Virus record (IMG/VR): IMGVR_UViG_3300011480_000001
Span: 27,263-91,262 of that record
DNA: 64,000 nt
Source: a virus
Taxonomy: Duplodnaviria; Caudoviricetes
Direction: 5' to 3' (one strand)
Below are positions 8,275-18,178 of the stretch, one piece after another. Position 1 is the stretch's first letter; each line of letters starts with the position of its first letter. The position numbers and the translations under genes were made by a program. The notes under the pieces were generated by a model. It saw nothing but the letters and a program-made list of their open reading frames with translations, was not told where the DNA came from and did not search any database.

Positions 8275-8349
8275 TGGTGGGACCAGCAGAAATTGCATCT
8301 GCATATCTCGTCTTATGAGGACGGTTCATTACTTTTATGATATAGTCCC
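8275..8349 (-). tRNA. tRNA with CAT anticodon (Ile2 or Met)
   Basis: GGGACTA/TGGTCCC acceptor with ACCA; D-arm TCAT/ATGA; anticodon loop CTCATAA; T-arm GCAGA-TGCAATT-TCTGC. Confidence 0.85.
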
Positions 8350-8354
8350 GTAAA

Positions 8355-8764
8355 TTCATTGCACCCTAAAGTCATAAAATCAGGAGTTAAGGAATTACCT
8401 ACATTTCTGTATTCTTTAGGACGACTTTACCAGAATGTGACGTATTCTACTCACTTACCGAAGGTCAAAATAAGCTTTCAAACAGAGCGTCTTCACAGAT
8501 AGCTCATTCTGATTTTTATAATTGCCTTTCGGCCAACAGAATTCCTAGCGTCTGCTAGGCTACGGTGTAATTGGTGTAAACCTACACTATCTCTCACCCT
8601 GTGAATTCGTAGAACTACTAAATCGTATCCGCTCTCGTAGTCGTAGCTCGGATTTAGCATCCCTGTTGGAAGGACTGGTCTACTCGCCAACGTATTACGC
8701 CGCGTATGAACGTAATATCCGTGTTGCTCTTTTAAATTCCCGAAGCCTCTTCGGCTTTCCTGTG
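8355..8764 (-). ncRNA. Candidate large structured ncRNA (about 410 nt)
   Basis: Directly behind a consensus promoter; many hairpins; the only ORF (8493-8771) starts inside the -10 box. Confidence 0.55.
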
Positions 8765-8769
8765 CTGAC

Positions 8770-8797
8770 ATTATACACTATTTATTTATATTGTCAA
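8770..8797 (-). promoter_or_regulatory. Consensus sigma70 promoter for the RNA cluster
   Basis: TTGACA-N16-TATAAT. Confidence 0.85.
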
Positions 8798-9006
8798 CTA
8801 TTTTCGTTATAATCTATCAAATTTAGTGCGTATTCCGTAATATCTCCAAACTGATAGGTCTTTACATCAATATATTCAGAGTTATCTGAAATGAAGATAC
8901 ATGCCGTACACATATCTTCTTCCACGTACATACCTTCAAACTCATCATTGCTTTTATATCGAACCATCCCTGTTAAGGGCGTGTCGCAACATTTACATCT
9001 AGACAT
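8794..9006 (-). CDS. Small zinc-finger protein
   Basis: CKCC...CTAC; 70 aa. Confidence 0.65.
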   Translation of the reverse strand: MSRCKCCDTPLTGMVRYKSNDEFEGMYVEEDMCTACIFISDNSEYIDVKTYQFGDITEYALNLIDYNENS

Positions 9007-9754
9007 TTCTGATAAATCCTATTCCTTTTTCATATTGATTTGGGTCTTTACCAGATTTACTACGATTGCATGTTGGACACAAAAGCTGTAAATTATCAGG
9101 CCAGTGACTTCCACCCTTACACAAAGGCATTATGTGGTCAATATGATAACCTGTGTTATCAAACAAGGCATCACAATAGACACACTGACCTTCTTGATTC
9201 ATGTAAAGGAGTTGAATGTCCGCATTACTAAAATGGCCATCAGCTTCTAATTCACGCTTACGTCTAAGCTGGCTGTAAATCTTAGCCCAAGGTTTGTAAT
9301 TTTCTTTGTTTTCTTTTACACATGCAACGCAAAGTCCTGTCTCAGTAGATCGTTTAGAAAGGTGATTGTTTTTACATGGTAATTTAGTATCATAAAAAGG
9401 CTCATCGAGTTCCTTAGCTATCTCTTTGGTTCTTGGTAAAATATCCAAATCTTCTGAACCAAAGGTGTAGTTCGTCAACAAACCTGTCTTTTCTGTATCT
9501 GAAACTTCTGATAAAGTTTCTCTAATAAACCGCAGAGCTTCTTTTGCTTTCTCTTTCTTGGCAACTCTATTTTCAGCCCGTTCTTCCCATTGGAATGAGT
9601 TTTCAGCTTTATGTTCTTCAAGACATTCACAACATTTGTTTGTAGAAACATACCTATCTGAAATATGACCTTTAATACATGCTTCACCAGTAAAATAGAA
9701 AACTAACCCAAGCTCTTTGGCCTCTTTTCTTGTGATTATTTCCACAATTACCAA
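8999..9754 (-). CDS. HNH endonuclease with two N-terminal Zn-binding repeats
   Basis: CVYC...HIDHIMPLCKGGSHWPDNLQLLCPTCNRSK; duplicated (K)EAKEL...C..(G/N)H.S.R...C..C module. Confidence 0.88.
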   Translation of the reverse strand: MVIVEIITRKEAKELGLVFYFTGEACIKGHISDRYVSTNKCCECLEEHKAENSFQWEERAENRVAKKEKAKEALRFIRETLSEVSDTEKTGLLTNYTFGSEDLDILPRTKEIAKELDEPFYDTKLPCKNNHLSKRSTETGLCVACVKENKENYKPWAKIYSQLRRKRELEADGHFSNADIQLLYMNQEGQCVYCDALFDNTGYHIDHIMPLCKGGSHWPDNLQLLCPTCNRSKSGKDPNQYEKGIGFIRNV

Positions 9755-9828
9755 AGCTCTTGTAACTTAAGAGCACATAGTATATCATGAAAGTCTCAAA
9801 TTACAAGTAGCTTGCTAATAAATTTTAA

Positions 9829-11184
9829 CTATTTCTTATCCACCTTACAAAATGTCTTATCACCTAACACTTCTTCCCAAGCTGAATACATAGCCTCACG
9901 AAGATCGTGTTCAGCAGAAGCTTTTACCAAACAACTATCGTGATACACCAAAACTGTATGATCCTTCTGCACCATCGTTTGAATAATGTTCATCATAATA
10001 TCGGAGTCAACCTTTTGAAGAACAACACCTTTATCTTTGTAGAAGCTTTCAGAAATCAAGTCGTTGTGTTCTTTGATTGCAGACAAAATCCTTTTGACAG
10101 GAATTGTGCCTACGACACCTACAAACAGCTTTTCTTCTTGCTCTTTCTTTTTAGCATCATCCCTCACTTTACCGCTCATAGCACCAACAGCTTGTGCTTC
10201 ATCTACAGAGTTGATACCGATCAGTATAGCAAGCTTTGCAAGATTACGCAAAGGATTGTATGGCTTTCCAATCAGCTTTGATTGTTTTTCAATCTCAAAT
10301 TGATCTACCTGCACAAATGACAAGTCTGCATCATACGGATTGAAACCTTCCCCGAATAAATCGTAAACATTCATCCCATCCTTCAATAGCATCTGATAAC
10401 AAATATTAGGATGTATAGCACTGAAATCCAGTTCAACAACAGGTTCACCATCAATTGTGAGATATTCATTACGTAGACGTTGAGGAAGTAATTGAACACC
10501 TCCACCAGCAGCATAGATACGACCAGCTACATGCATTGTATCTAAGAATACACGTTTGTATTCAACAGTTGCAATCTGCTTACCATTGTATTTAATATCT
10601 GCTTCTTTTAAACTTGAGTTATACGTATCCATCTTTTCTCTTGCCTCTTTAATTCCGATTTTACCGCGAGTACCTAGTTCATCTCCCGTTTTACGATTCC
10701 TCACTTGTACTGAATCATCTACGCGGCACTCAGTAAACAAGTCAACAGGGGGAATGGATGACCAAAGGTCTGTAAGCCTCTTTCTGAAAATCACACAAGA
10801 TGAAATCACATACTCAGGGACTCTCTTACCGTTCTCATATCTCCAAGAGTCAACAAATCCTTTATAGATATGGATATACGCCTTCTCTTCCAAGAATTGA
10901 AGGAGAGCTTTAACACCTCTATACCCAATCTTAGCTTTGTTACCCGTGTAATAACCAGGATCTAAGGATACTCTCATTCCTTCTGCTTTGTTATTAATAG
11001 CTCTTGCCATATTAGATACGAACCACTTAACAGCAATGCTCCATTCTCCTTCTGTGTGAGTTAAGAGAGAGTCAGTGATGTGTTGGTAGTAATCAGACTG
11101 ATGGTAGTGTAGATAGGTATTGGAACAGCTTAAGGATATCCCATGTCTATCTAGTGTACTCATATTACTTAGTTCATAAATCAT
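9829..11184 (-). CDS. Family A polymerase-like protein (palm/fingers, no exonuclease domain seen)
   Basis: GRIY...VQLLP; motif A VELDFSAIHP; motif B-like RNLAK; LQKVDS; motif C YHDS. Confidence 0.65.
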   Translation of the reverse strand: MIYELSNMSTLDRHGISLSCSNTYLHYHQSDYYQHITDSLLTHTEGEWSIAVKWFVSNMARAINNKAEGMRVSLDPGYYTGNKAKIGYRGVKALLQFLEEKAYIHIYKGFVDSWRYENGKRVPEYVISSCVIFRKRLTDLWSSIPPVDLFTECRVDDSVQVRNRKTGDELGTRGKIGIKEAREKMDTYNSSLKEADIKYNGKQIATVEYKRVFLDTMHVAGRIYAAGGGVQLLPQRLRNEYLTIDGEPVVELDFSAIHPNICYQMLLKDGMNVYDLFGEGFNPYDADLSFVQVDQFEIEKQSKLIGKPYNPLRNLAKLAILIGINSVDEAQAVGAMSGKVRDDAKKKEQEEKLFVGVVGTIPVKRILSAIKEHNDLISESFYKDKGVVLQKVDSDIMMNIIQTMVQKDHTVLVYHDSCLVKASAEHDLREAMYSAWEEVLGDKTFCKVDKK

Positions 11185-11363
11185 TGTATCCTCAAGAGAG
11201 ATGTATTGTTATTAGTAAGATAGTAGAGTGATAAGACATATGGTGTATTGTCTAACACGAAAGCCTACACCCCACGTAGCATAAGGGCTACAGAGGAGTT
11301 TCACTTCTCATAGTTCATTTTTTGATCAATTCTAGCTAGCTCTCTAAGCTGCCTTGTCCTATC

Positions 11364-11443
11364 ATTCTACCTGCTTTTTCATCCACGTCAAGCTAAAAAT
11401 TCATAAAAATAAATGTTGCATTCTGGATTCCCCGTGATAGAAT
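11364..11443. promoter_or_regulatory. Divergent sigma70 promoter pair
   Basis: Minus: TTGACG-N16-TAGAAT (11391-11364). Plus: TTGCAT-N16 with extended TGn-TAGAAT (11416-11443). Confidence 0.7.
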
Positions 11444-11474
11444 GACACCATCAACAAACGAATGGAGGTGTTTT

Positions 11475-11639
11475 ATGAATAAGAAAGAATTGCAAAATCT
11501 GTATCAAAAGGCTTGGGAAGAATGGTATCATCGTATTGTACCTAGCGGCGACTGCTCATCTGTACAAGACCAATGGCTTGACAGCTATGACTATGAAGAT
11601 TTCTGTATTGAATATGACACTTATGAAGAGGAGAAATGA
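11475..11639 (+). CDS. Small acidic protein, paralog of 38592-38747
   Basis: GGAGG RBS; QKAWEEWY...PSGD...QWLDSYDY. Confidence 0.7.
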   Translation: MNKKELQNLYQKAWEEWYHRIVPSGDCSSVQDQWLDSYDYEDFCIEYDTYEEEK

Positions 11640-11640
11640 A

Positions 11641-11883
11641 ATGAACATCAAACAATTTATCGAATTCTTGCAAACCCTTCCACAAGATGCTATTGTACAA
11701 GTGCTTTCTCACTACAGAAGCAATAATTACTACGAACAAAGTGGTTACTGTGACGTGGATGAGTTTACTACTGAGTGTAAAGAAGGTAATCAAGGCGACA
11801 AATGGGCTTATGGTGAACATTATGAGCTTACAACAGACAGTGGTGGACAAATGTATCTTCAATTGGGAGTGATGGATAAATGA
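11641..11883 (+). CDS. Hypothetical protein
   Basis: MNIKQFIEFLQTLPQDAIV start; GAGGAG RBS. Confidence 0.65.
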   Translation: MNIKQFIEFLQTLPQDAIVQVLSHYRSNNYYEQSGYCDVDEFTTECKEGNQGDKWAYGEHYELTTDSGGQMYLQLGVMDK

Positions 11884-12425
11884 AAATTACATTGTGCGGT
11901 AGTGCGCGTTTTGAAGAGTATTTCAAGTTTTGGAATGAAATGTTGTCCCTTGCAGGACATACGGTTTACACCTTAAGTGTTTATCCTAGCCAAAAGGAGA
12001 AGGGTAAAGACTGGTACTCAGAAGAAGAGAAGAAAACTCTTGATCAAGTGCATTTAGATAAGATTGCAAATTCTGAGGCTATCTTTGTGATTAATCCGTT
12101 TGCATATATCGGGGAGTCTACTCTGAAAGAAGTACAATTCGCCAGTAATACAGGAAAAACAATATTTTTCCTTGAGTCTTGGGGTAAAGGTAACGGTATC
12201 TATGGTATGCATTACGATCATGTTCAGAAATTGAAGCAGTGGTTCGGTATTGATGAGGGGTATGGTAGTCCAATTGACACCTCAAAAGACCACCTACCAC
12301 ATTCACCTAAACTACTCGGATATGGTGCTAGCAAGATTAGGAGCATGATCTTTACCTGCGAGAAGATGTTTGAGCTTTCTTTATACGATAAAGCAGGTAT
12401 TGAAGTCCCTTTGGATAAACTTTGA
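11880..12425 (+). CDS. Nucleoside 2-deoxyribosyltransferase-like (Rossmann-type) protein
   Basis: ITLCGS...HLDKIANSEAIFVIN...YIGESTLKEVQFA...GKTIFFLE pattern. Confidence 0.55.
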   Translation: MKITLCGSARFEEYFKFWNEMLSLAGHTVYTLSVYPSQKEKGKDWYSEEEKKTLDQVHLDKIANSEAIFVINPFAYIGESTLKEVQFASNTGKTIFFLESWGKGNGIYGMHYDHVQKLKQWFGIDEGYGSPIDTSKDHLPHSPKLLGYGASKIRSMIFTCEKMFELSLYDKAGIEVPLDKL

Positions 12426-13130
12426 GGATGTTAAATCATGAAAACAGTATCTAATACACCGAATGGTTGGGCTTGGTTTGTAGAACAAGTAAAATCAATG
12501 ATGTTGGAATCTGGAAATTCCAATCCACTGGACGCTGATCTATACTCAATCATGATGCGAGAATATTACATTCTTGGGAAAACTCCGCAGGATTTTGTGA
12601 ATAGGGAGAAATGATATGACAGAGACTAAAGATTCAGCCTTCTCAGAATTCTTTCGTAATGCAACAGAGGAAGAGAAACGTAAGGTTTACCAAGAAGTTA
12701 TGGAGAAAGCTACCCAAAGTCAGCTTGACACATTGAAGGAAATAGAAGAGAGTAATAGGGAAAAACAACCTAAATAAATCGTGCAAACACCTAAGCAGTG
12801 GGGTAGGATGGAAAACAAGAGAAGTCGTTTATTTAGGCTGTAAAACACGAGTAAAAGAGGAGATTTTAATGAAAGAACAGATTAAGATCATGATGGAGTC
12901 AGCTCAATATCGTCTTCACATGGCTGAATACAATTATGGAGATAATGAGGACTACTCAGCTTACGACAAGATTCGTCAACTAGAGTACCTTGTGCAGGCA
13001 TTGAACGAAGCTTACAATGCAGCAGTAGCTTTGGAGAATCTTAAATGAAATGGTCTGACCTACTGACAACAAAAGATATTGAAAACCTGTTAAAATTAGC
13101 ATACTATCGTACTTTTAAAGGAGAGAAGAA

Positions 13131-13505
13131 ATGAGCGACGTACAAAAAGTTGTAAATGAGATTAACGAGAAACTGTTCAACGACCCTATATCTGAGACTG
13201 ACTACTTCCGTTACCTTGAATACACAACTACACCTATTGGTGACTTCGTTAAATATATGGGGCACTTCATCTGGGACTCTGAGAATGATTACCGTGAATG
13301 GATTGATGATGAACAAGAACCACTGGAAGGTTATCTAGTCAAACAGATGATTGAAATCAATAAAGTAATTGTTAGCAGTCTTCGTGTTCTTGACAAACGA
13401 TACAAAGCAATTGCCAAAGTAATGGATAACCGCTTGAAAGGTGATGGGTTGCGTGCAAATATTCTAGAACGCACACAAGAATTTGTAGATGGGCAGCGTA
13501 AATGA
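13131..13505 (+). CDS. Hypothetical protein
   Basis: AAGGAG RBS; 124 aa. Confidence 0.7.
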   Translation: MSDVQKVVNEINEKLFNDPISETDYFRYLEYTTTPIGDFVKYMGHFIWDSENDYREWIDDEQEPLEGYLVKQMIEINKVIVSSLRVLDKRYKAIAKVMDNRLKGDGLRANILERTQEFVDGQRK

Positions 13506-13975
13506 AACCTAAGATTAGAAAAGTCAAGTGTATTGTTTACTTCGAACCCGATAAAATTGAAGGTCACACGCCAGTTCCAGGTTATGAGGTTGTGCAAGAA
13601 ACGGAATACGGTTATACTTTATGCGGTCTAGGTAAGACAGTCGAGGAAGCTTGGCAAGATTACCTAGACACTAAACAACATCAAATAGAAGTAGAAGAGG
13701 AGCTTTGGAAATGAGTGGTAAATTTGCAAGCTTGGTAATGGTGGATCGTCAGTCAGATAATCTAGACGAAGAATGGGGTCGTGGTTTTAAAGGCATCACC
13801 CATCTTGAGTTTGAGACAGTACAAGATGCACGACAATTCTTCCTTGAGCAAGACGAAGTTTATCAAGAAGGGATATTTAAAGATACTCGATTTGTACTTG
13901 TTCCATATATGGGTAAAAAATAATGAACGAAGACAAGATCATAAATTTTTATGAAATTAATGGAGGGACCATGGT

Positions 13976-14317
13976 TTGATTTACATTCTAGCTTGGCTAA
14001 TCTGTGGTGTTTGCAGTTTCTATCTACTCAAATCCTTCCTCTATCGCATCACAGAGGAACAAGGAGGTTTATCCCATTGCATTCAAGAGTTGTTTGAGCA
14101 AATGGACAAGGAAGAGATTGAAAAGGGCGGTTTCGCAGACGAAACCTGGAAATTAGCAGATGAAAATACGATGTTGGCTGTCGTTCATACGCTATTTCTT
14201 GTAATGAACCTGATTATTTGGCCATTGGTACTTGCAGCTTTGCTTTATTGGATGTATACTGGTGCTACTTGGGGTGTCTTGGTCTACGACCAGCCTGATT
14301 TACTAGAAGGGGAGTGA
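13976..14317 (+). CDS. Hypothetical membrane protein
   Basis: Two hydrophobic segments; GGAGG RBS. Confidence 0.6.
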   Translation: MIYILAWLICGVCSFYLLKSFLYRITEEQGGLSHCIQELFEQMDKEEIEKGGFADETWKLADENTMLAVVHTLFLVMNLIIWPLVLAALLYWMYTGATWGVLVYDQPDLLEGE

Positions 14318-15050
14318 AAATGTACACAAGACACCACGTAGTTTACGAAATTTATAATCATGAAGAAGGGACTATTACATTCTTTGAACACTATGAAAAT
14401 GTAGAACATTGGGAACAAGATAATGAGAAGAATCCTAATGGTTATCAAGATTATGGTCTTCGAATTACAACATCAGCAGAAACGGATCTTTGGTATAAAT
14501 CGTCTGATAAACAAAACTAATCAAAAGGTAAATTAAAATGCTAAAAATTAAAGAGATTAAACATGGTCAGATTTTCTACGGCATCGACGATAATGGCGAA
14601 CCTTACGGATTCAAAGCTTGGGGTGATGCGACTAGGATTGACGGGGTTTGGACTGTTGAAGGTGAATGTAGGGCTAACTATTCGTACACATTTACAGAAG
14701 AAGATGAACCTATCCTCTTTCTAACTGATAGTTTGGAAGACTGATATGACAAAAGGGGTTAATTAAATGAGTAACGTCCTCAAACATGCTATGTTAACGT
14801 TATACCGCGATAGTCCAGAAATCTTGTATTGTCTTCAACAAATAAGCTATGATACACTGAACGTAAAGTTTCAGAAAGAATTGGACGCTAGGATTGATAG
14901 GAATACGTACAATAAAGTTGAAGAATTCCTTGCAACTGACGATTATTTGAACTATTGTACAGCAATAAGTGAGGCAAGTATGTCAATGACACAAGACATT
15001 GCTAAGCTTCTTGAATTTGTTTTACATCCGAAAGAGGGGGAATTGAACTG

Positions 15051-15413
15051 ATGGCGATGACAGCAATCATAGCAGCAAATAATGCAAGAGAATCAGCTAG
15101 ACGAACAGAGGAATGTAAACTTTATGTTCAAGGATTTGATAGTAAAATAGCGTCGGTTGCTGAACAGAAGCATTATGCGGGTTGTGTTCAAAGATTGAAC
15201 CCAGATCCAGTAAATGAAAGTGAATTGTTAGTAGGTAAAGCTTGTGTGCTGGTACTGCTTGTAGCCTTCATAGCTGGTGTGATATTTGGTTGGAAATCGG
15301 AGGGGAACATTATAGATGCTGTGTTGTGTGGTGCCCTATTCGTAGTAGGTCTTGCTGTAGGTGTGCTTTTGCTAGGACTACTTGTAGCAGGTGTGATGTT
15401 TTTGTTTAGTTAA
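15051..15413 (+). CDS. Hypothetical membrane protein
   Basis: Two C-terminal transmembrane helices. Confidence 0.65.
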   Translation: MAMTAIIAANNARESARRTEECKLYVQGFDSKIASVAEQKHYAGCVQRLNPDPVNESELLVGKACVLVLLVAFIAGVIFGWKSEGNIIDAVLCGALFVVGLAVGVLLLGLLVAGVMFLFS

Positions 15414-15480
15414 GGGTTGACGGCAAGCAAGATTTATGAAACAATGATTCTGCAAGGCTATAATATTTAAGGAGAAAAGA

Positions 15481-15855
15481 ATGATTAAAAAGCTAGCACG
15501 AGTGAGTAAAGCAGGGTTTGAGATTCAAGAACGTGGTATTCTGAATTTCTGGGTGTTTGTAGACTATGAGGAAGGTTGTTCTCAAGGTGTAGGTGGTATT
15601 GTACTTGATGAATGGAATGAAGAAAAGCGTGAACGTGAGGGTACTGCTTATGGTTGTGAAATGATCCGTCAACTTCTCTTGTTCTTTGGTGTAAACAACT
15701 TGACTGACATTAAGAAAGATACTATGGTTTATGTACTTGGTGAGGGAGATGGATTTGGTTTCCAACCCAAGGGTTTTGAACATCTGAATGTGCTTCGTGG
15801 TAATCTTCCAGAACGTATTGTTTTTGAAGAAATTGCTAAAGAGTTTATTAAATAA
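15481..15855 (+). CDS. Hypothetical protein
   Basis: AAGGAG RBS; 124 aa. Confidence 0.7.
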   Translation: MIKKLARVSKAGFEIQERGILNFWVFVDYEEGCSQGVGGIVLDEWNEEKREREGTAYGCEMIRQLLLFFGVNNLTDIKKDTMVYVLGEGDGFGFQPKGFEHLNVLRGNLPERIVFEEIAKEFIK

Positions 15856-15866
15856 GGAATCAAAAT

Positions 15867-16658
15867 ATGGGTAGCAGCCGTGGTCATCTAGTTGTGGTTA
15901 ACGACGAAGAAGTGTTTGTTCCTCGAAATAATACACGGAAAAAGAAAGAAGCAACTGGTAGGGGTAAACCAGAAGTGAAAGAAAAGTTTGAAGAGGAACA
16001 CAAGGCTAAACCAATCGTCGCAAAGAACGAGAACCAAAAGAAGTATCTGCACAGTCTTCAATTCGATACTGTATCAGTAGGGAAAGGAAGTGCAGGTTCA
16101 GGGAAAACTTGGTGTGCTGCTGCTGTAGCCGCTAACAAATACCTAAAAGGTGAGATTAAGCAGATTATTGTGGCTCGTGCTTACGTGACTATGGGCAACA
16201 GTACAGGTTTTTGGCCTGGTACTGTGGAGGAAAAACTTCTGCCGTTTGTTGCACCAATTCTGAACACGATTAAAGAAAGGATTGGTGATGCTAAATATCA
16301 AGCGGAGTTTATGAAAACCATTAAAATTCAACCCCTTGAAGCGATAAGAGGCATGAGTTTTCCAGCAGGAACTTATCTGTTGGTGGATGAATCGCAGAAC
16401 CTAACAGTCGAGGAAGTTCGTTCGATTGTTACGCGCTTGGAGACTGGTTCACAGGTGGCTTTTTGTGGGGACGATAAGCAACGAGATGTAAAAGGTATCT
16501 CGGGTATTGTCTATCTTGCAAATTTGATTAAAAAGCATTCTCTTGAAGGTTGTTCTGTGGTAGAATTTACACCAGCGGATATTGTGCGCTCGGGTCTTAC
16601 AAAGGCGTTTGTGGAAATCTTTGAACAGGAAGGGCCTGCATCAGAGGTTAAGGAGTAG
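15867..16658 (+). CDS. phoH: PhoH-like ATPase
   Basis: GSAGSGKT, GFWPG, IRGMSF, VDESQN, TRL, GDDKQRD and DIVRS motifs. Confidence 0.95.
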   Translation: MGSSRGHLVVVNDEEVFVPRNNTRKKKEATGRGKPEVKEKFEEEHKAKPIVAKNENQKKYLHSLQFDTVSVGKGSAGSGKTWCAAAVAANKYLKGEIKQIIVARAYVTMGNSTGFWPGTVEEKLLPFVAPILNTIKERIGDAKYQAEFMKTIKIQPLEAIRGMSFPAGTYLLVDESQNLTVEEVRSIVTRLETGSQVAFCGDDKQRDVKGISGIVYLANLIKKHSLEGCSVVEFTPADIVRSGLTKAFVEIFEQEGPASEVKE

Positions 16659-16660
16659 AT

Positions 16661-17296
16661 TTGAGAGATTTAACTAATGAAAGATTCGGAATGCTATTAG
16701 TAGAGAGTCGGTCCGAAGAGAAACACAAAAGCGGTAGTATTATTTGGAACTGCATATGTGATTGTGGTAATCAAATTTCACTGCCGTCACCTCGACTAAT
16801 CCATTCGGGTAAAACAGATTGTGGTTGTCAGCCTAGAAAACTGAAAAGTCATGGAATGTACAACACACCTACTTATCGTTCATGGGTAAAACTATGCTGC
16901 CGTACAAGATATGATGAATATGCAGAATGGCACGGTGATGTAGAAGTTTGTGAGAGATGGGATACTAGAAAAGGTGGCAGCTTCGACAATTTCTTAGAAG
17001 ATATGGGAGAACGTCCCGAAGGTAAGACAATTAACAGGATCAACGGTGCTAAGATTTACTCTAAAGAAACGTGTGAATGGGCTGATCTAAGTTTACAAGC
17101 TTTCGACCAGAGGAAAAAGAAAAATAATACTTCAGGTAAATCTGGTGTAAATTGGAATAAGGAAAAATCAAAATGGGAGGTTAGGATACACCAGAATGGT
17201 AAAACTATTCGACTAGGCTACTATGATGATTTTGAACTTGCTTGTTTTGTGCGTGAAGAAGCTGAACTAAAATATTATGGTTTTATCAAGGAGTAA
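16661..17296 (+). CDS. Free-standing HNH/AP2-type homing endonuclease
   Basis: WNCICDCG; FLEDMGERPEGKTINRING; NNTSGKSGVNW AP2-like C-terminus. Confidence 0.85.
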   Translation: MRDLTNERFGMLLVESRSEEKHKSGSIIWNCICDCGNQISLPSPRLIHSGKTDCGCQPRKLKSHGMYNTPTYRSWVKLCCRTRYDEYAEWHGDVEVCERWDTRKGGSFDNFLEDMGERPEGKTINRINGAKIYSKETCEWADLSLQAFDQRKKKNNTSGKSGVNWNKEKSKWEVRIHQNGKTIRLGYYDDFELACFVREEAELKYYGFIKE

Positions 17297-17300
17297 CAAT

Positions 17301-18113
17301 ATGTCAGAAGAATTTATGATGCCAATGCTACAACCACTAGGTTCAAAAACCTTTACTACCGAAGTTCGTGGTCAACAACACACTTACTATCTCACTGGTG
17401 ATGTGACAGAGCCAGATAACTACGTGGATCTTTGCAACCTGCTTCGTTCCTGTTCGCCGCAAGACGAGGTGCTGATCCGAATCAACAGCCGAGGTGGATC
17501 TGTAGCAAGTGAACGAATGATTGTCAACGCGATTCAAGAATGTCAAGGTACCGTAGTTGCTTATATTGAGTATTTCTGTATGAGCGCTGCAACAGGAATC
17601 TTCTTGGCGGCGCACCATCATGCATGGGCTGAACATATTCAATTCATGGTGCATTGCGCATTCTGGGGATCAATCGGTAAAAATCCTGACGTTAAGAGTC
17701 AGACAGAGTTCGGTGTAAAACAACTTGAAGAAGAAATTAACTCGACGTACAAGGGGCTACTCAGCGATGAAGAGCTAATTCAGTGCAACGAGGGGAAAGA
17801 ATTCTGGTTTGGTGCAAAAGAACTAGAAGAACGTATGAAAAGTTTCCTTGAATATCGTAATTCTCTTCCTTGTGATTGCGGGTCGCCTGAATGCCCTCGT
17901 AGCCCTGAGAATATGGCTCTACTTGAAGAGGAAGAAGATTTCGAAGTTCCAACTCTTGAGGATATTATCCAAAAGGCTGTAGAGGAAGGTGTGACCAAAG
18001 CTCTTGCTGAACGTGATCGAAAGGAAGCAAAAAAGAAACCGGTAAAGCCAAAAGAGCCTAAAGTCCGAGTAATTAAAAACGAAAAAGTAATTTCTGGTGG
18101 TATTGAAGAATAA
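17301..18113 (+). CDS. ClpP-like peptidase (S14)
   Basis: INSRGG, CMSAATGIFLA, FMVH and EFWFGAKE motifs. Confidence 0.85.
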   Translation: MSEEFMMPMLQPLGSKTFTTEVRGQQHTYYLTGDVTEPDNYVDLCNLLRSCSPQDEVLIRINSRGGSVASERMIVNAIQECQGTVVAYIEYFCMSAATGIFLAAHHHAWAEHIQFMVHCAFWGSIGKNPDVKSQTEFGVKQLEEEINSTYKGLLSDEELIQCNEGKEFWFGAKELEERMKSFLEYRNSLPCDCGSPECPRSPENMALLEEEEDFEVPTLEDIIQKAVEEGVTKALAERDRKEAKKKPVKPKEPKVRVIKNEKVISGGIEE

Positions 18114-18119
18114 AACCAG

Positions 18120-18148
18120 TTGACAGAAGATAGTGTGTCGCTTAGAAT
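18120..18148 (+). promoter_or_regulatory. sigma70 promoter
   Basis: TTGACA-N17-TAGAAT. Confidence 0.75.
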
Positions 18149-18178
18149 TCAGGGCACACTTGATTGAAAGGAGATATT

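Noticed and set aside
8355-8764. tmRNA, RNase P RNA or group I intron identity for the large RNA
   Set aside because: No GGGGC...ACCA tRNA-like ends or tag ORF, no RNase P GAAAGUCC core, and no P/Q/R/S elements recognised.
8493-8771. 92-aa ORF
   Set aside because: Its start codon overlaps the -10 box, it has no RBS, and the region is better explained as structured RNA.
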